Below, one piece after another: positions 49,447-57,872 of a DNA stretch of 64,000 bases; position 1 is the first letter of the stretch; every line of letters begins with the position of its first letter. This DNA is from Candidatus Omnitrophota bacterium. Lineage in GTDB: Bacteria; Omnitrophota; Gorgyraeia; Zapsychrales; JANLHA01. The stretch lies in NCBI GenBank assembly GCA_022711395.1, contig JAKLFA010000002.1, forward strand, positions 195,864 through 259,863. Reading direction: 5' to 3'. The position numbers were made by a program, and so were the translations under genes. A model generated the notes under the pieces. The model searched no databases and had not been told where the DNA came from. It was given only the letters and a program-made list of their open reading frames with translations.

Positions 49447-50469
49447 TCATATTTGATCTACCAATTCCTGAATCTGTTCCGGTGACGGTAATTGTTTCTT
49501 TAATTCTTTAGGCAATTTCGTTGTTATTTTATATTGCGCTACCGCGATCGGCTTGTTGCTTTCTTTTAGCGCGTATTCCACAATCGTCCGTTTCTTCTCC
49601 TTGCAAACGATAATCCCTATGGATGGATTTTCATATTTTTCTTTCATCTCGGCATCCAAGGCGGCAAGATAAAATTGCATCTTGCCAACATACTCCGGTT
49701 TAAACTCGCCGATCTTAAGCTCTATAGCCACCAGACAGCGTAATCTGCGATGATATAGCAGTATGTCGATAAAATATTCATTGCCCTCAATCTCAAGCCG
49801 GTACTGATTGCCCATGAAGGCAAACGCGCCACCCATTTCGATAAGGAAACGATTAACCTTAGCGACAATCGCGCGTTCAAGCTCCAACTCGCTATGCTCC
49901 TCTCCTAATTCGAGAAAGCCAAAAGAATACTCGTCTTTAACAGCCAGTTTTGCCTGCTTTTCTATCTTGGCCGGTAGGGTTTTGCCAAAATTAGTCTGGT
50001 TAACCATCGTTTTTTCGTACGTCTTATTTTCAACCTGATGGACAAGCACCTCTTTTGTCCAACCCATGCGTTTTGTCATGCGAATATAAAATTCACGCTC
50101 AAGGTCATCCTTACACTTCTCCATAACAACAATATTATGTGACCAGCTAATTTCTTGCACCAATGGTGCAAGTTTTGTGCTTTTCTCATAGCGAAGATAA
50201 AATTTACGCATTCTCCAGAGATTATCCTTTGAATATCCGGATACTCCCGGGAATTCCTTCTGTAAATCCTGCGCAAGGTTTTCAACCACAGATTTTCCCC
50301 AATTATGTCTCCCTTGCCTATCAACAATCTTTTTCCCGAGATCCCAATAAAGGCTTATAAGTACGCTGTTAACATTTTTCAAAGCATCATACTGAGCGGA
50401 TCTAATCCGCTCTTTAACTTCTCGCAAGAAATCCGAGTAATGTTTGTTATGAACCAAGCTCTGTGTCAT
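49447..50469 (-). CDS. YhcG-like PDDEXK nuclease (DUF1016 family)
   Basis: About 340 aa from MTQSLVHNKHYSDFLREVKERIRSAQYDALKNVN...LYWDLGKKI, which matches the DUF1016/YhcG N-terminal pattern. C-terminal restriction-endonuclease-like fold (IDILLYH...LVAIELKIGEFKPEYVGKMQFY). Confidence 0.7.
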   Translation of the reverse strand: MTQSLVHNKHYSDFLREVKERIRSAQYDALKNVNSVLISLYWDLGKKIVDRQGRHNWGKSVVENLAQDLQKEFPGVSGYSKDNLWRMRKFYLRYEKSTKLAPLVQEISWSHNIVVMEKCKDDLEREFYIRMTKRMGWTKEVLVHQVENKTYEKTMVNQTNFGKTLPAKIEKQAKLAVKDEYSFGFLELGEEHSELELERAIVAKVNRFLIEMGGAFAFMGNQYRLEIEGNEYFIDILLYHRRLRCLVAIELKIGEFKPEYVGKMQFYLAALDAEMKEKYENPSIGIIVCKEKKRTIVEYALKESNKPIAVAQYKITTKLPKELKKQLPSPEQIQELVDQI

Positions 50470-50485
50470 CTTTCTCCTCCAAAAT

Positions 50486-50671
50486 CTATTTTTTGGCCTT
50501 TGAGCGCTTCGTCTTGTATTCCTCAATCAACTCGCGCATGATCGCCGCGATGGAGGCTTCCTTGTCCTGCTTTTGACGCTCAAGAGCCTCCTGCTTTAAA
50601 AAGAAATAAAGGTCGTCCGGAATATCCAGCGTCGTCCGGTGCATTTTTTCATTGTTTCTCGTTACTCGCAT
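50486..50671 (-). CDS. ribbon-helix-helix (CopG/antitoxin-like) small DNA-binding protein
   Basis: 61 aa; TTLDIPDDLYFFLKQEA beta-strand/helix pattern of RHH proteins. Confidence 0.45.
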   Translation of the reverse strand: MRVTRNNEKMHRTTLDIPDDLYFFLKQEALERQKQDKEASIAAIMRELIEEYKTKRSKAKK

Positions 50672-50684
50672 GGTATTAACCTCG

Positions 50685-51431
50685 CTATTTAATGACTTTC
50701 CAGTTATTGAGGAAATATGTTACCTCGTGTTCCCGCCTGCCGAGATAGAGCTTATCAGCGACGAACTTCAAGGTCATACGATATGAATTCCCCTTGTTGA
50801 TCTCAAGAATCGCCCTCTCGTGCAGTTTCTGCTCTAAGACAAGATATGGGAATATCACAAAATCGGTTTTACTCTCGTCACGCAAAACACAGACGTAAAA
50901 AATATTGCTTGAATTAAACCGCTCAAACGATGTTCGTCGCACATCAAAAACGTAGGTATTATAACTATTGAGATTAGCGGTTTTAACCTGAATCTCAAAA
51001 CGTTTGTTATCCTTTATCGCCACGATATCAATGCCGGTATCCACGCTCATGATGCTGGCATTAAAACCCCTGAACAGAAGCTCACTGCAGACACGGAATT
51101 CTCCGCCTTTGCCGATAAAACCCGTCTCGACGGAATAGGTGTCCCCCTGCGCGGGAAGCGGAGCCGATTTTACTGGCACAGGTTCTTTATAATCCGGATT
51201 GATCGAAAAAGTGGCAGGCGATACTCTTTTGAATATTGACTTATCCCCGTAACGCTTTATATCCACAACGATTTGAGCGTTCATGGTCGCTTCGGGTGTC
51301 GCGCCTTGCGTCTCAAATAATCCTTCCTCTAACGCCTTGCGGGTGATCTCCCGATAATGAAGCGGTTCCTTGAACTTCTTGAGGATAGTAATCGCGGCCT
51401 GCTTAAAGGTATTCATGCCATATCCTTTCAA
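50685..51431 (-). CDS. HARE-HTH (Mrr-N-like winged helix) plus PD-(D/E)xK restriction-endonuclease-like protein
   Basis: 248 aa; N-terminal FKQAAITILKKFKEPLHYREITRKALEEGL... winged HTH; C-terminal GIDIVAIKDNKRFEIQVKT (D ... ExK). Confidence 0.55.
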   Translation of the reverse strand: MKGYGMNTFKQAAITILKKFKEPLHYREITRKALEEGLFETQGATPEATMNAQIVVDIKRYGDKSIFKRVSPATFSINPDYKEPVPVKSAPLPAQGDTYSVETGFIGKGGEFRVCSELLFRGFNASIMSVDTGIDIVAIKDNKRFEIQVKTANLNSYNTYVFDVRRTSFERFNSSNIFYVCVLRDESKTDFVIFPYLVLEQKLHERAILEINKGNSYRMTLKFVADKLYLGRREHEVTYFLNNWKVIK

Positions 51432-51517
51432 TTGGCTTTAATTATGGCATTATAGCATTTTAAGTTTTGAAAGGAAATGATTTTTTACGCTGATGCGGGT
51501 TTTGTTTTAAGGCGGGA

Positions 51518-51790
51518 TTAGAGGACGGATTCTTGAATCTTGCCGGTCGTGGCATCCACGATTCGGAAATGGGTCTTGCCGGTGCGGTCTTTCCACTGCT
51601 CTTCGATATTTAGGGTCCAGTCACCCAGAGGCATGACTTTCTGGATCTCCCGCAGGCGAAGCTTACCGGCCGGGACCGCACTCAAGAGATCGCCCTCGGT
51701 TGAGATGTTTTCCACATAAACTTCCTCACCAGCCAGCCGGACGCTGATATAGCGGGTTTTCTTAACCGATTGCTCGATAACTTTTGCCAT
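51518..51790 (-). CDS. hypothetical protein
   Basis: 90-aa ORF, first gene downstream of the palindrome-containing intergenic region. Confidence 0.35.
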   Translation of the reverse strand: MAKVIEQSVKKTRYISVRLAGEEVYVENISTEGDLLSAVPAGKLRLREIQKVMPLGDWTLNIEEQWKDRTGKTHFRIVDATTGKIQESVL

Positions 51791-51994
51791 ACGCCTGCCT
51801 CCCTTTTGGGGTCAAGTAGGCCATAGGGTCGAGCTATTGGCAAGGAATTTAATTGGGGTTGCAAGCCTAACCCCCTCATGTCAATAATATGTCACAACCT
51901 GATTTATTACAGATAGTTAGAAAGAATTTGGGAAGGCTGTTTTGTCAGAAATAATATATACTTTTTGTGACAAGATTAAATGTCTACTGGATGG

Positions 51995-52037
51995 AAATGT
52001 CCACTATTTAGTGGACATTTTGAAAAAGTGGACATTT
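51995..52037. promoter_or_regulatory. 26-bp perfect palindrome plus third half-site (candidate operator)
   Basis: AAATGTCCACTA-TT-TAGTGGACATTT (12-2-12, 51995-52020), then AAAAGTGGACATTT at 52024-52037. Lies in a 360-bp AT-rich intergenic region that also has a GGGGTT...AACCCC hairpin and TTGTCA/TGACAA elements. Confidence 0.45.
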
Positions 52038-52150
52038 ATGACCGCAAATCACTCCCCCACAATCGCAACGGCAAGCTCAGACATAGTGTTACGATAAATA
52101 GGCCAACCGCCATCCGAAGGTTTTAAGATAAACTTTGTTTGACATATTTT

Positions 52151-52849
52151 TCAGGCGTCTTTTTGGCAAAGATAAACAACGAAATTTGATGAAACAGATT
52201 TTTTTGATTTGATCGCGAAGCCGGCTCTGGTGAGCAAACCATCCATGATCCAATCATAGGTGCTAAACTCCTGCTTAACATGCCCTAAAGCTCCGGGGCG
52301 GACCTGCTCATTAAATGAATGAATAAATCTTTCAAAACACTGGTCAGGGGACTCGCCTTCCCTGAGGCTAAAGACCACATCCCTTAAAATAAACTTACCT
52401 CCGGTTTTAAGAACTCTTGAAATATTCTGCAAGGCGACAAGTTTCCAGGTGTCCGGCAGATGATGAAGCGCAGCGCCTGAAACCACAGCGTCGAATGACT
52501 CTGATGGAAAATCCGATGTCAGGAAGCCCGCGTGCTGCAGGATGATCGGGGATAAATTTTCTTCAGATATTTTTTTCTGGACATACTCCAGCATGATTTT
52601 TGACACATCCACAGCGCTGACCTTTAATCCAAAAGAAGCGGCGGCCCGTGAAAAGCGGCCCGTTCCACAGCCGATTTCTAAAACGGCCGATCCCTTTGGT
52701 AATTGAAGCATGGATAGCATTTCCTGATTTTCAAGATCAACATCACGAAAACTTTTCATGCGCTGGTCATACAGCTCAACTTCTTTCAGATCAGAATAAT
52801 CAGTCCCGATTTGGCGCATCTCGTCCCATTGCCATTCTGTTTTATGCAT
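52151..52849 (-). CDS. class I SAM-dependent methyltransferase
   Basis: About 232 aa from MHKTEWQW (GGAGG RBS); LEIGCGTGRFS motif I. The track's longer ORF overlaps the beta-lactamase gene and is rejected. Confidence 0.7.
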   Translation of the reverse strand: MHKTEWQWDEMRQIGTDYSDLKEVELYDQRMKSFRDVDLENQEMLSMLQLPKGSAVLEIGCGTGRFSRAAASFGLKVSAVDVSKIMLEYVQKKISEENLSPIILQHAGFLTSDFPSESFDAVVSGAALHHLPDTWKLVALQNISRVLKTGGKFILRDVVFSLREGESPDQCFERFIHSFNEQVRPGALGHVKQEFSTYDWIMDGLLTRAGFAIKSKKSVSSNFVVYLCQKDA

Positions 52850-52902
52850 CAGTTCCTCCCCCTTCAATCTGCATTCCCATATATTTTTCAAGAAATTCAA
52901 CT

Positions 52903-53694
52903 TTAGAGAAGCCCTTGCGACCGTAAAACATTTTCGACGATTGTTCTTGCGGTCCTGCCCGAGGGATTTTCCCCGCCGGTTATATTGCAGGCAAAGACAT
53001 ACGTCGTTCCTTCTGTTTCCAGAAACCCGACAAACCATCCTAAATTCCATTTTCCATCCGGCCCTGTGCCGGATCCGGTCTTGCCGTAAAGCGTTCCTTT
53101 GCCGGTCGTCTCTGTCTTCATAACATCGCGCAGTGTCGCGATATTCTTTTTCGAGAACGGAAGCTTGTCATCCAAAAGACTATTTAAAAGAGTGACCTGT
53201 TCATCCGCGCTGATCATGATCGGGACGCTGTCCGGCCTCGGAAGCCAGAAGGTATCGATCCCGGCTGAAATGTCCCGTGAACCATACCCGATCTTTTCAA
53301 TAAAGTCCTTCATCCGGTCTTCACCGATCTGCCGCGCCAGGATCTGATATGCAGGCACGGCCGACACCCGAAACGCCTCACGAAGCGTTAAATCCTGATT
53401 CCATCCTTCTATAGCTCGCGTCACCCCATCCCAGGTATACCACGGTTTGTCAGGCCCACTTATGAACTCCAGTTCAAGCCCGATGAGGGTATTGTAAATT
53501 TTGAATGTCGAACAGGGCGCAAAGCGTTGGCTGCTGCGCTCCGGATCAATGTTAATTGTCTCTCCGGTAACCCGGTTGTAGATCACCAGAGCTGTGTCAT
53601 ACCCCTGCAAAAGAGACTCGTCGATTTCTTGGGCGAAGGAAACAGCGGTGATCACAAGAAAGCTTAGAGAAAATACCAGCGTATTGAGTTTCAT
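52903..53694 (-). CDS. class D (OXA-family) beta-lactamase
   Basis: 263 aa with signal peptide; STFK (Ser-x-x-Lys), SAV, KTG and WFVG motifs in the canonical order and spacing of class D enzymes. Confidence 0.75.
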   Translation of the reverse strand: MKLNTLVFSLSFLVITAVSFAQEIDESLLQGYDTALVIYNRVTGETINIDPERSSQRFAPCSTFKIYNTLIGLELEFISGPDKPWYTWDGVTRAIEGWNQDLTLREAFRVSAVPAYQILARQIGEDRMKDFIEKIGYGSRDISAGIDTFWLPRPDSVPIMISADEQVTLLNSLLDDKLPFSKKNIATLRDVMKTETTGKGTLYGKTGSGTGPDGKWNLGWFVGFLETEGTTYVFACNITGGENPSGRTARTIVENVLRSQGLL

Positions 53695-53754
53695 GGAAGG
53701 TCCTTATTATTTCCCCGAAAGCGTTCGCTGAGTCCAAGAACGCGCACGGCTGCA

Positions 53755-54405
53755 CTATCGTTTTAAGCGGTCCTTTTTTCCGTATTCCTTCCCGGTCGAG
53801 CCGACAAACCATTCTTCCGGAAGAGATTCATCTTCCCACGGCGCCCGGGCAATATAATCACTCATGGTTCCATGCGCGCTGGGTCCGTAGTGAAAACCAT
53901 ACGTGAAATGAACTTCGTTCAATGTGCCGGGAATGGTGATGCGGCCTTGAGCGCTCTTGGATATCGAATCGATCCCGTTAAAGTTGGTCGCCTCCTCAAT
54001 AAATATTTTTGTCCCCGCGGGCAGCTGATGAACGCGGTAGGGCCCGCCGTAATTTTTGCGGTTGTCCCCTGCCCAGATCTCGGATTCGCGAAGACAGTAG
54101 ATCCGCTTGTGATAATCAGAAGCGGGGTACAGTTTTTGTCCCTGCTGATAACCATTTACAACGGTTTTCGCAGGCTTGGTCCACATCCGGTCATCATAAA
54201 CCAGATCGGTCGGCTGATCGTTTTCCCAGAAACTGTAAAGCGTCCCTTCATGATTTGCAATATACTCCTCCAAAACACAGGAACGCTTGAGCGTGACGTC
54301 TTGTCCGACATACCCGGAAAACGGCTTAAAGCGATTGAGCGATGTCGTGCATCCAGCCAGGAATACAACAAGCACCGCGATCCTGAGGATCGGGAGTTTT
54401 TTCAT
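53755..54405 (-). CDS. hypothetical lipoprotein
   Basis: About 216 aa from MKKLPILRIAVLVVFLAGC (lipobox LAGC); no family recognised. Confidence 0.5.
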   Translation of the reverse strand: MKKLPILRIAVLVVFLAGCTTSLNRFKPFSGYVGQDVTLKRSCVLEEYIANHEGTLYSFWENDQPTDLVYDDRMWTKPAKTVVNGYQQGQKLYPASDYHKRIYCLRESEIWAGDNRKNYGGPYRVHQLPAGTKIFIEEATNFNGIDSISKSAQGRITIPGTLNEVHFTYGFHYGPSAHGTMSDYIARAPWEDESLPEEWFVGSTGKEYGKKDRLKR

Positions 54406-54454
54406 GGTCTTTGCCTTCCGAAATATTTTCGATTCGAAGTGGCCGTTTCTTTTG

Positions 54455-55216
54455 TTATTTTTCCGCAATCACGAGCATTTCAAAATCTTCGGTCGTCAGT
54501 TTGTCGTTGCGCGAATAGGCGCCAAGTTTTGAGCCGAAGATCTCGATCTTTTTAAATCCAAGCGTCTTTAAAAGCCACGTGATCTCACTCGGCACATAGT
54601 AGCGCTCGTTGCAGTTCAATTCCTTTTTATTTCCAGCGTCATCTTCGAACACGACGGTGTTGTGATCGCGGAACGTCATCAGATCGAAAGAACAATTTTT
54701 ACATGCGGAATTGCCTTCTTTGGCGTTGGACTCATAAAATTCTTTGACTGAATGGAACAGCGGGAACAACCCGTTCAACGTTGTGAAAATGAATTTACCT
54801 TTATCTTTCAAGGCCCTGGTCGCGCTTTTGAGGATCTCGAAATTCATCTCATCGGTTTCCATCAAGGAAAAGCCGCCTTCGCAGAGCATGATCGCCAGAT
54901 CGAATTCGCCGTTAAAAGGAAGGCTCCGCGCGTCATGCCTCTGAAAATCGACCGCCACCCCTGTTTCAGTGGCTTTTTCTTTTGCCCGGGCAAGCTGTGA
55001 TTCGGATAGATCAACGCCGGTCACTTTATACCCTCTTTTCGACAGCTCGATCGAATGCCGGCCCGTTCCGCAACCGATGTCGAGGATCTTGAGGGATCTG
55101 TCATGGCCGATCTCAGCTTCAATAAAATCACATTCCCCGATCGTCCCCTGAACAAAACACTCGTTATCATACTTCCGCGCGTAATTTTCAAATAAGGACT
55201 CATACCATTGTTTCAT
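54455..55216 (-). CDS. class I SAM-dependent methyltransferase
   Basis: 253 aa; ILDIGCGTGRHS motif I and VDLSESQLARA post-I region. Confidence 0.7.
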   Translation of the reverse strand: MKQWYESLFENYARKYDNECFVQGTIGECDFIEAEIGHDRSLKILDIGCGTGRHSIELSKRGYKVTGVDLSESQLARAKEKATETGVAVDFQRHDARSLPFNGEFDLAIMLCEGGFSLMETDEMNFEILKSATRALKDKGKFIFTTLNGLFPLFHSVKEFYESNAKEGNSACKNCSFDLMTFRDHNTVVFEDDAGNKKELNCNERYYVPSEITWLLKTLGFKKIEIFGSKLGAYSRNDKLTTEDFEMLVIAEK

Positions 55217-55267
55217 TTCTAAAATTCCTTTTTATTTTTGATTTTTAGCGCGGCCCTGGCGCAGTCC

Positions 55268-56638
55268 TCAGACCACAACATCCTCGATCCACCCGATATC
55301 ATCCTGATGATCGTCCTTTTTTGGGAAAAGCGCGGCCCCGATCGACAGCGGCCCGATGCGGCCCAGCATCATGAGCGTGATAATAACGATCTTTCCCGGA
55401 GCAGTCAAGGTTCCGGTGATCCCCATGCTGAGGCCCACGGTCCCCAGGGCGGACGTCGCTTCAAAGATCACTTCAAAGAGCGGATGGCCGTCGGTCAGGC
55501 TCAAGGCGTAGATCCCGGCGGATAGGAGCACGATATAAAATGTGAAGTTGGCCGCGGCCATCCTCAAGCGGTAATTGGGGATCTGCTGCCCCAGAAAAAC
55601 GACATTGCTTTTGCCGCGGAAGGTGCTGAACATCTGAGCGAAGACCGCCACGATCGTTGTGGATTTGACGCCGCCTCCCGTCCCTGCTGGCGAAGCGCCG
55701 ATGAACATGAGAATGGTCAGCAAAAACAAGGAGCTGTGGGACATTTTCGCGATCGGAAATGTGTTGAAGCCCACGGTCGTCAGCGCGGTCATGGATTGAA
55801 AGACCGACATGGTCATTCTTGAACCCAGAGGGACATTTTCACCAAACGAATTGGTCATGAAGATCAGGACGGATCCCGCCGCGATGATAAGGATGGTCGA
55901 GGTCAGGATGATCCTGGTCGTGAATGTGGCGTGCTTTTTCTTGCCTCCGATCATATCCCAGAAGTCGGTCACAACAATAAAGCCGATCGCCCCCAGGAAG
56001 CTTAGAACAATGATGACGATGTTCAGCGCAGGGTCCACCGGAAAACCCTCGAAACTTGTGTTAAACAGGCTGAAGCCCGCCGTGCAGAAAGCGGAAATGC
56101 TGTGGAAGACCGCGTTCCAGAGAGGATCTTCAACCCCATGGCGGATGAACGCCAGATATAAAAACAGGGCCCCGATCACCTCCACGATCAGGGAAAAAAC
56201 GACCACGGAGGACAGGAAATCATAGATATTGAAATCATCCGGAAGGCCGAAGTCGTTTTTGACCAGGTTTTCATGGAGCTTTGAAAATTTCTTCCTTCCG
56301 ATCAGCAGGATGAGTGAGCCGAAGGTCATGTAATGCAGCCCGCCGATTTGGACCAGCAACGTGATAATGGACTGGCCGAAGAACGAGTAGTTGTCGCAAA
56401 CGCTGATGGATGTTAGTCCAGTCGTCGAAATGGCTGAGGCGGCTGTGAACAGGTTGTCTAAAACGCTGGTCGGAAGTTTTTGCGCGAACGGGAAGCAGAG
56501 CAGCAGAAATCCAGCCGCGGTCACCGAACAATACGTTAAGATCAGAAGGTTGACGGGATTCTGACGTTTTAAAAACGCAGAAACCGTTCGGATCTGGTCT
56601 GCCAGAGCGGAAGTTAAGGATCTTCTATTCATGGTCAC
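55268..56638 (-). CDS. trkH: TrkH/KtrB-family potassium transporter
   Basis: 456 aa polytopic protein with repeated selectivity-filter-like TTGL/TVGF segments (SAISTTGLTS, TALTTVGFN, ALGTVGLS). Confidence 0.75.
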   Translation of the reverse strand: MTMNRRSLTSALADQIRTVSAFLKRQNPVNLLILTYCSVTAAGFLLLCFPFAQKLPTSVLDNLFTAASAISTTGLTSISVCDNYSFFGQSIITLLVQIGGLHYMTFGSLILLIGRKKFSKLHENLVKNDFGLPDDFNIYDFLSSVVVFSLIVEVIGALFLYLAFIRHGVEDPLWNAVFHSISAFCTAGFSLFNTSFEGFPVDPALNIVIIVLSFLGAIGFIVVTDFWDMIGGKKKHATFTTRIILTSTILIIAAGSVLIFMTNSFGENVPLGSRMTMSVFQSMTALTTVGFNTFPIAKMSHSSLFLLTILMFIGASPAGTGGGVKSTTIVAVFAQMFSTFRGKSNVVFLGQQIPNYRLRMAAANFTFYIVLLSAGIYALSLTDGHPLFEVIFEATSALGTVGLSMGITGTLTAPGKIVIITLMMLGRIGPLSIGAALFPKKDDHQDDIGWIEDVVV

Positions 56639-56680
56639 CCCTTGTTTCAGCGATCTAACTGTTTCATTTAACGATAATGT

Positions 56681-57211
56681 TTAAAAAATAAAAGTCCCGA
56701 TCATTCCGCAAAGCAGGATGATCATAACAGGATGCAATTTCCGCTCGGAAATGATCAGTCCCAAAAATGCCATGACGGCAAGGGCCATATCCGTCCGGCT
56801 TTTGATCGCCCCCATTCCGAAAGACCCTATGGCAAAAAGGATCAGGCTCAATACTCCGAGCTGCAGCCCATCTCTGATCTTTCCGACTTTGCCGTCCGCC
56901 CTTCTGAATTTTTCCAACCAGGGCGTTAAGACGCTCAGGATCAGCAGTGAGGGCAATATAACCGCCGCGGTCGCCAATAGGGCCCCTGGAACTCCGCTTA
57001 AGCGATAGCCCGTGAATGTTGCCGCATTGATGGCGATCGGACCGGGTGTAATTTGGGCGATCGCGAGGATCTGCCCCATTTCATCGAATTTTAGCCATTG
57101 CCGGTTTTGGACCAGCTCATGCTGGATAAGAGGAATTGTGACCATTCCTCCGCCGTAAGCGCCGAGGCCGATCAGCATAAAGCTGACGGCCAGTTTAATC
57201 ATAAGCGGCAT
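56681..57211 (-). CDS. chrA: chromate transporter, short-chain ChrA (C-terminal-type half)
   Basis: 176 aa; ITPGPIAINAATFTGYRL CHR-family motif. Confidence 0.75.
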   Translation of the reverse strand: MPLMIKLAVSFMLIGLGAYGGGMVTIPLIQHELVQNRQWLKFDEMGQILAIAQITPGPIAINAATFTGYRLSGVPGALLATAAVILPSLLILSVLTPWLEKFRRADGKVGKIRDGLQLGVLSLILFAIGSFGMGAIKSRTDMALAVMAFLGLIISERKLHPVMIILLCGMIGTFIF

Positions 57212-57821
57212 CGCTGCCCTCCTCGCCTGATGTTCTGACCGGGGATAAAAGCCAATATCCCAGAACGCTTGTCAGTATGACCGAGCATATGGGATGAAGC
57301 CGGAGAGCCCCTACCGTGATGAGCCCTGTCGCGCAGATGACGCATTGCCGCCAGCCACGCAATAATTTTTTGCTGAAGATCAGGCCCGTAAAGGCCAGTT
57401 GCCCAACGATCGCGACCGTGCATCCTTTAAAGAACGCCACGGCCTTCGGGTGGTCAAAGAACCGGATCAGGGCCATGGCGATCAAAAGGATAACGCAGAA
57501 TGACGGAAGGACCGTCCCTAGAACCGCGGCCGCGCAGCCGGATCGTCCTTTCAGGCGTTTTCCTAAAAGAAAGGCAAGATTGACTGCGATCGGCCCCGGG
57601 ACGACCGCTGTCAGCGCCATGGTCGATATGAAATCTTTTTCCTTCATCCATTTTTTACGGATGACCAGTTCATGCCGCATGACAGACATCATGGCGAATC
57701 CTCCCCCCAGGGTCAGAAGCCCGATGCGAAAAAAGGTCCAGAACAGGCTTCGGGCTGAAACTTTAGAAACCGTTTCGAGAAGATGACCGGAATTGTTCTT
57801 TTCATAAATCATAGGCGGCAT
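57195..57821 (-). CDS. chrA: chromate transporter, short-chain ChrA (N-terminal-type half)
   Basis: 208 aa; LTLGGGFAMMSVMRHELV and VVPGPIAVNLAFLLG motifs; overlaps the partner by 17 nt. Confidence 0.75.
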   Translation of the reverse strand: MPPMIYEKNNSGHLLETVSKVSARSLFWTFFRIGLLTLGGGFAMMSVMRHELVIRKKWMKEKDFISTMALTAVVPGPIAVNLAFLLGKRLKGRSGCAAAVLGTVLPSFCVILLIAMALIRFFDHPKAVAFFKGCTVAIVGQLAFTGLIFSKKLLRGWRQCVICATGLITVGALRLHPICSVILTSVLGYWLLSPVRTSGEEGSDAAYD

Positions 57822-57872
57822 TATAAACCAGGATCGATCATAAAGCCAGGTTTACGGCGTATTCCTGAATGG

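Noticed and set aside
51995-52020. 26-bp palindrome as serine-integrase att site
   Set aside because: No matching half-site or related sequence near the recombinase end (34.0-34.3 kb). A perfect palindrome fits an operator better, so it is kept only as a regulatory candidate.
52151-53050. 299-aa extended ORF for the methyltransferase
   Set aside because: Extension overlaps the 3' end of the beta-lactamase gene; conserved methyltransferase begins at MHKTEW with a GGAGG RBS (52849).
56681-57821. chrA pseudogene (frameshift)
   Set aside because: Both halves have their own starts and complete CHR-domain motifs. Short-chain CHR pairs are a known native arrangement.
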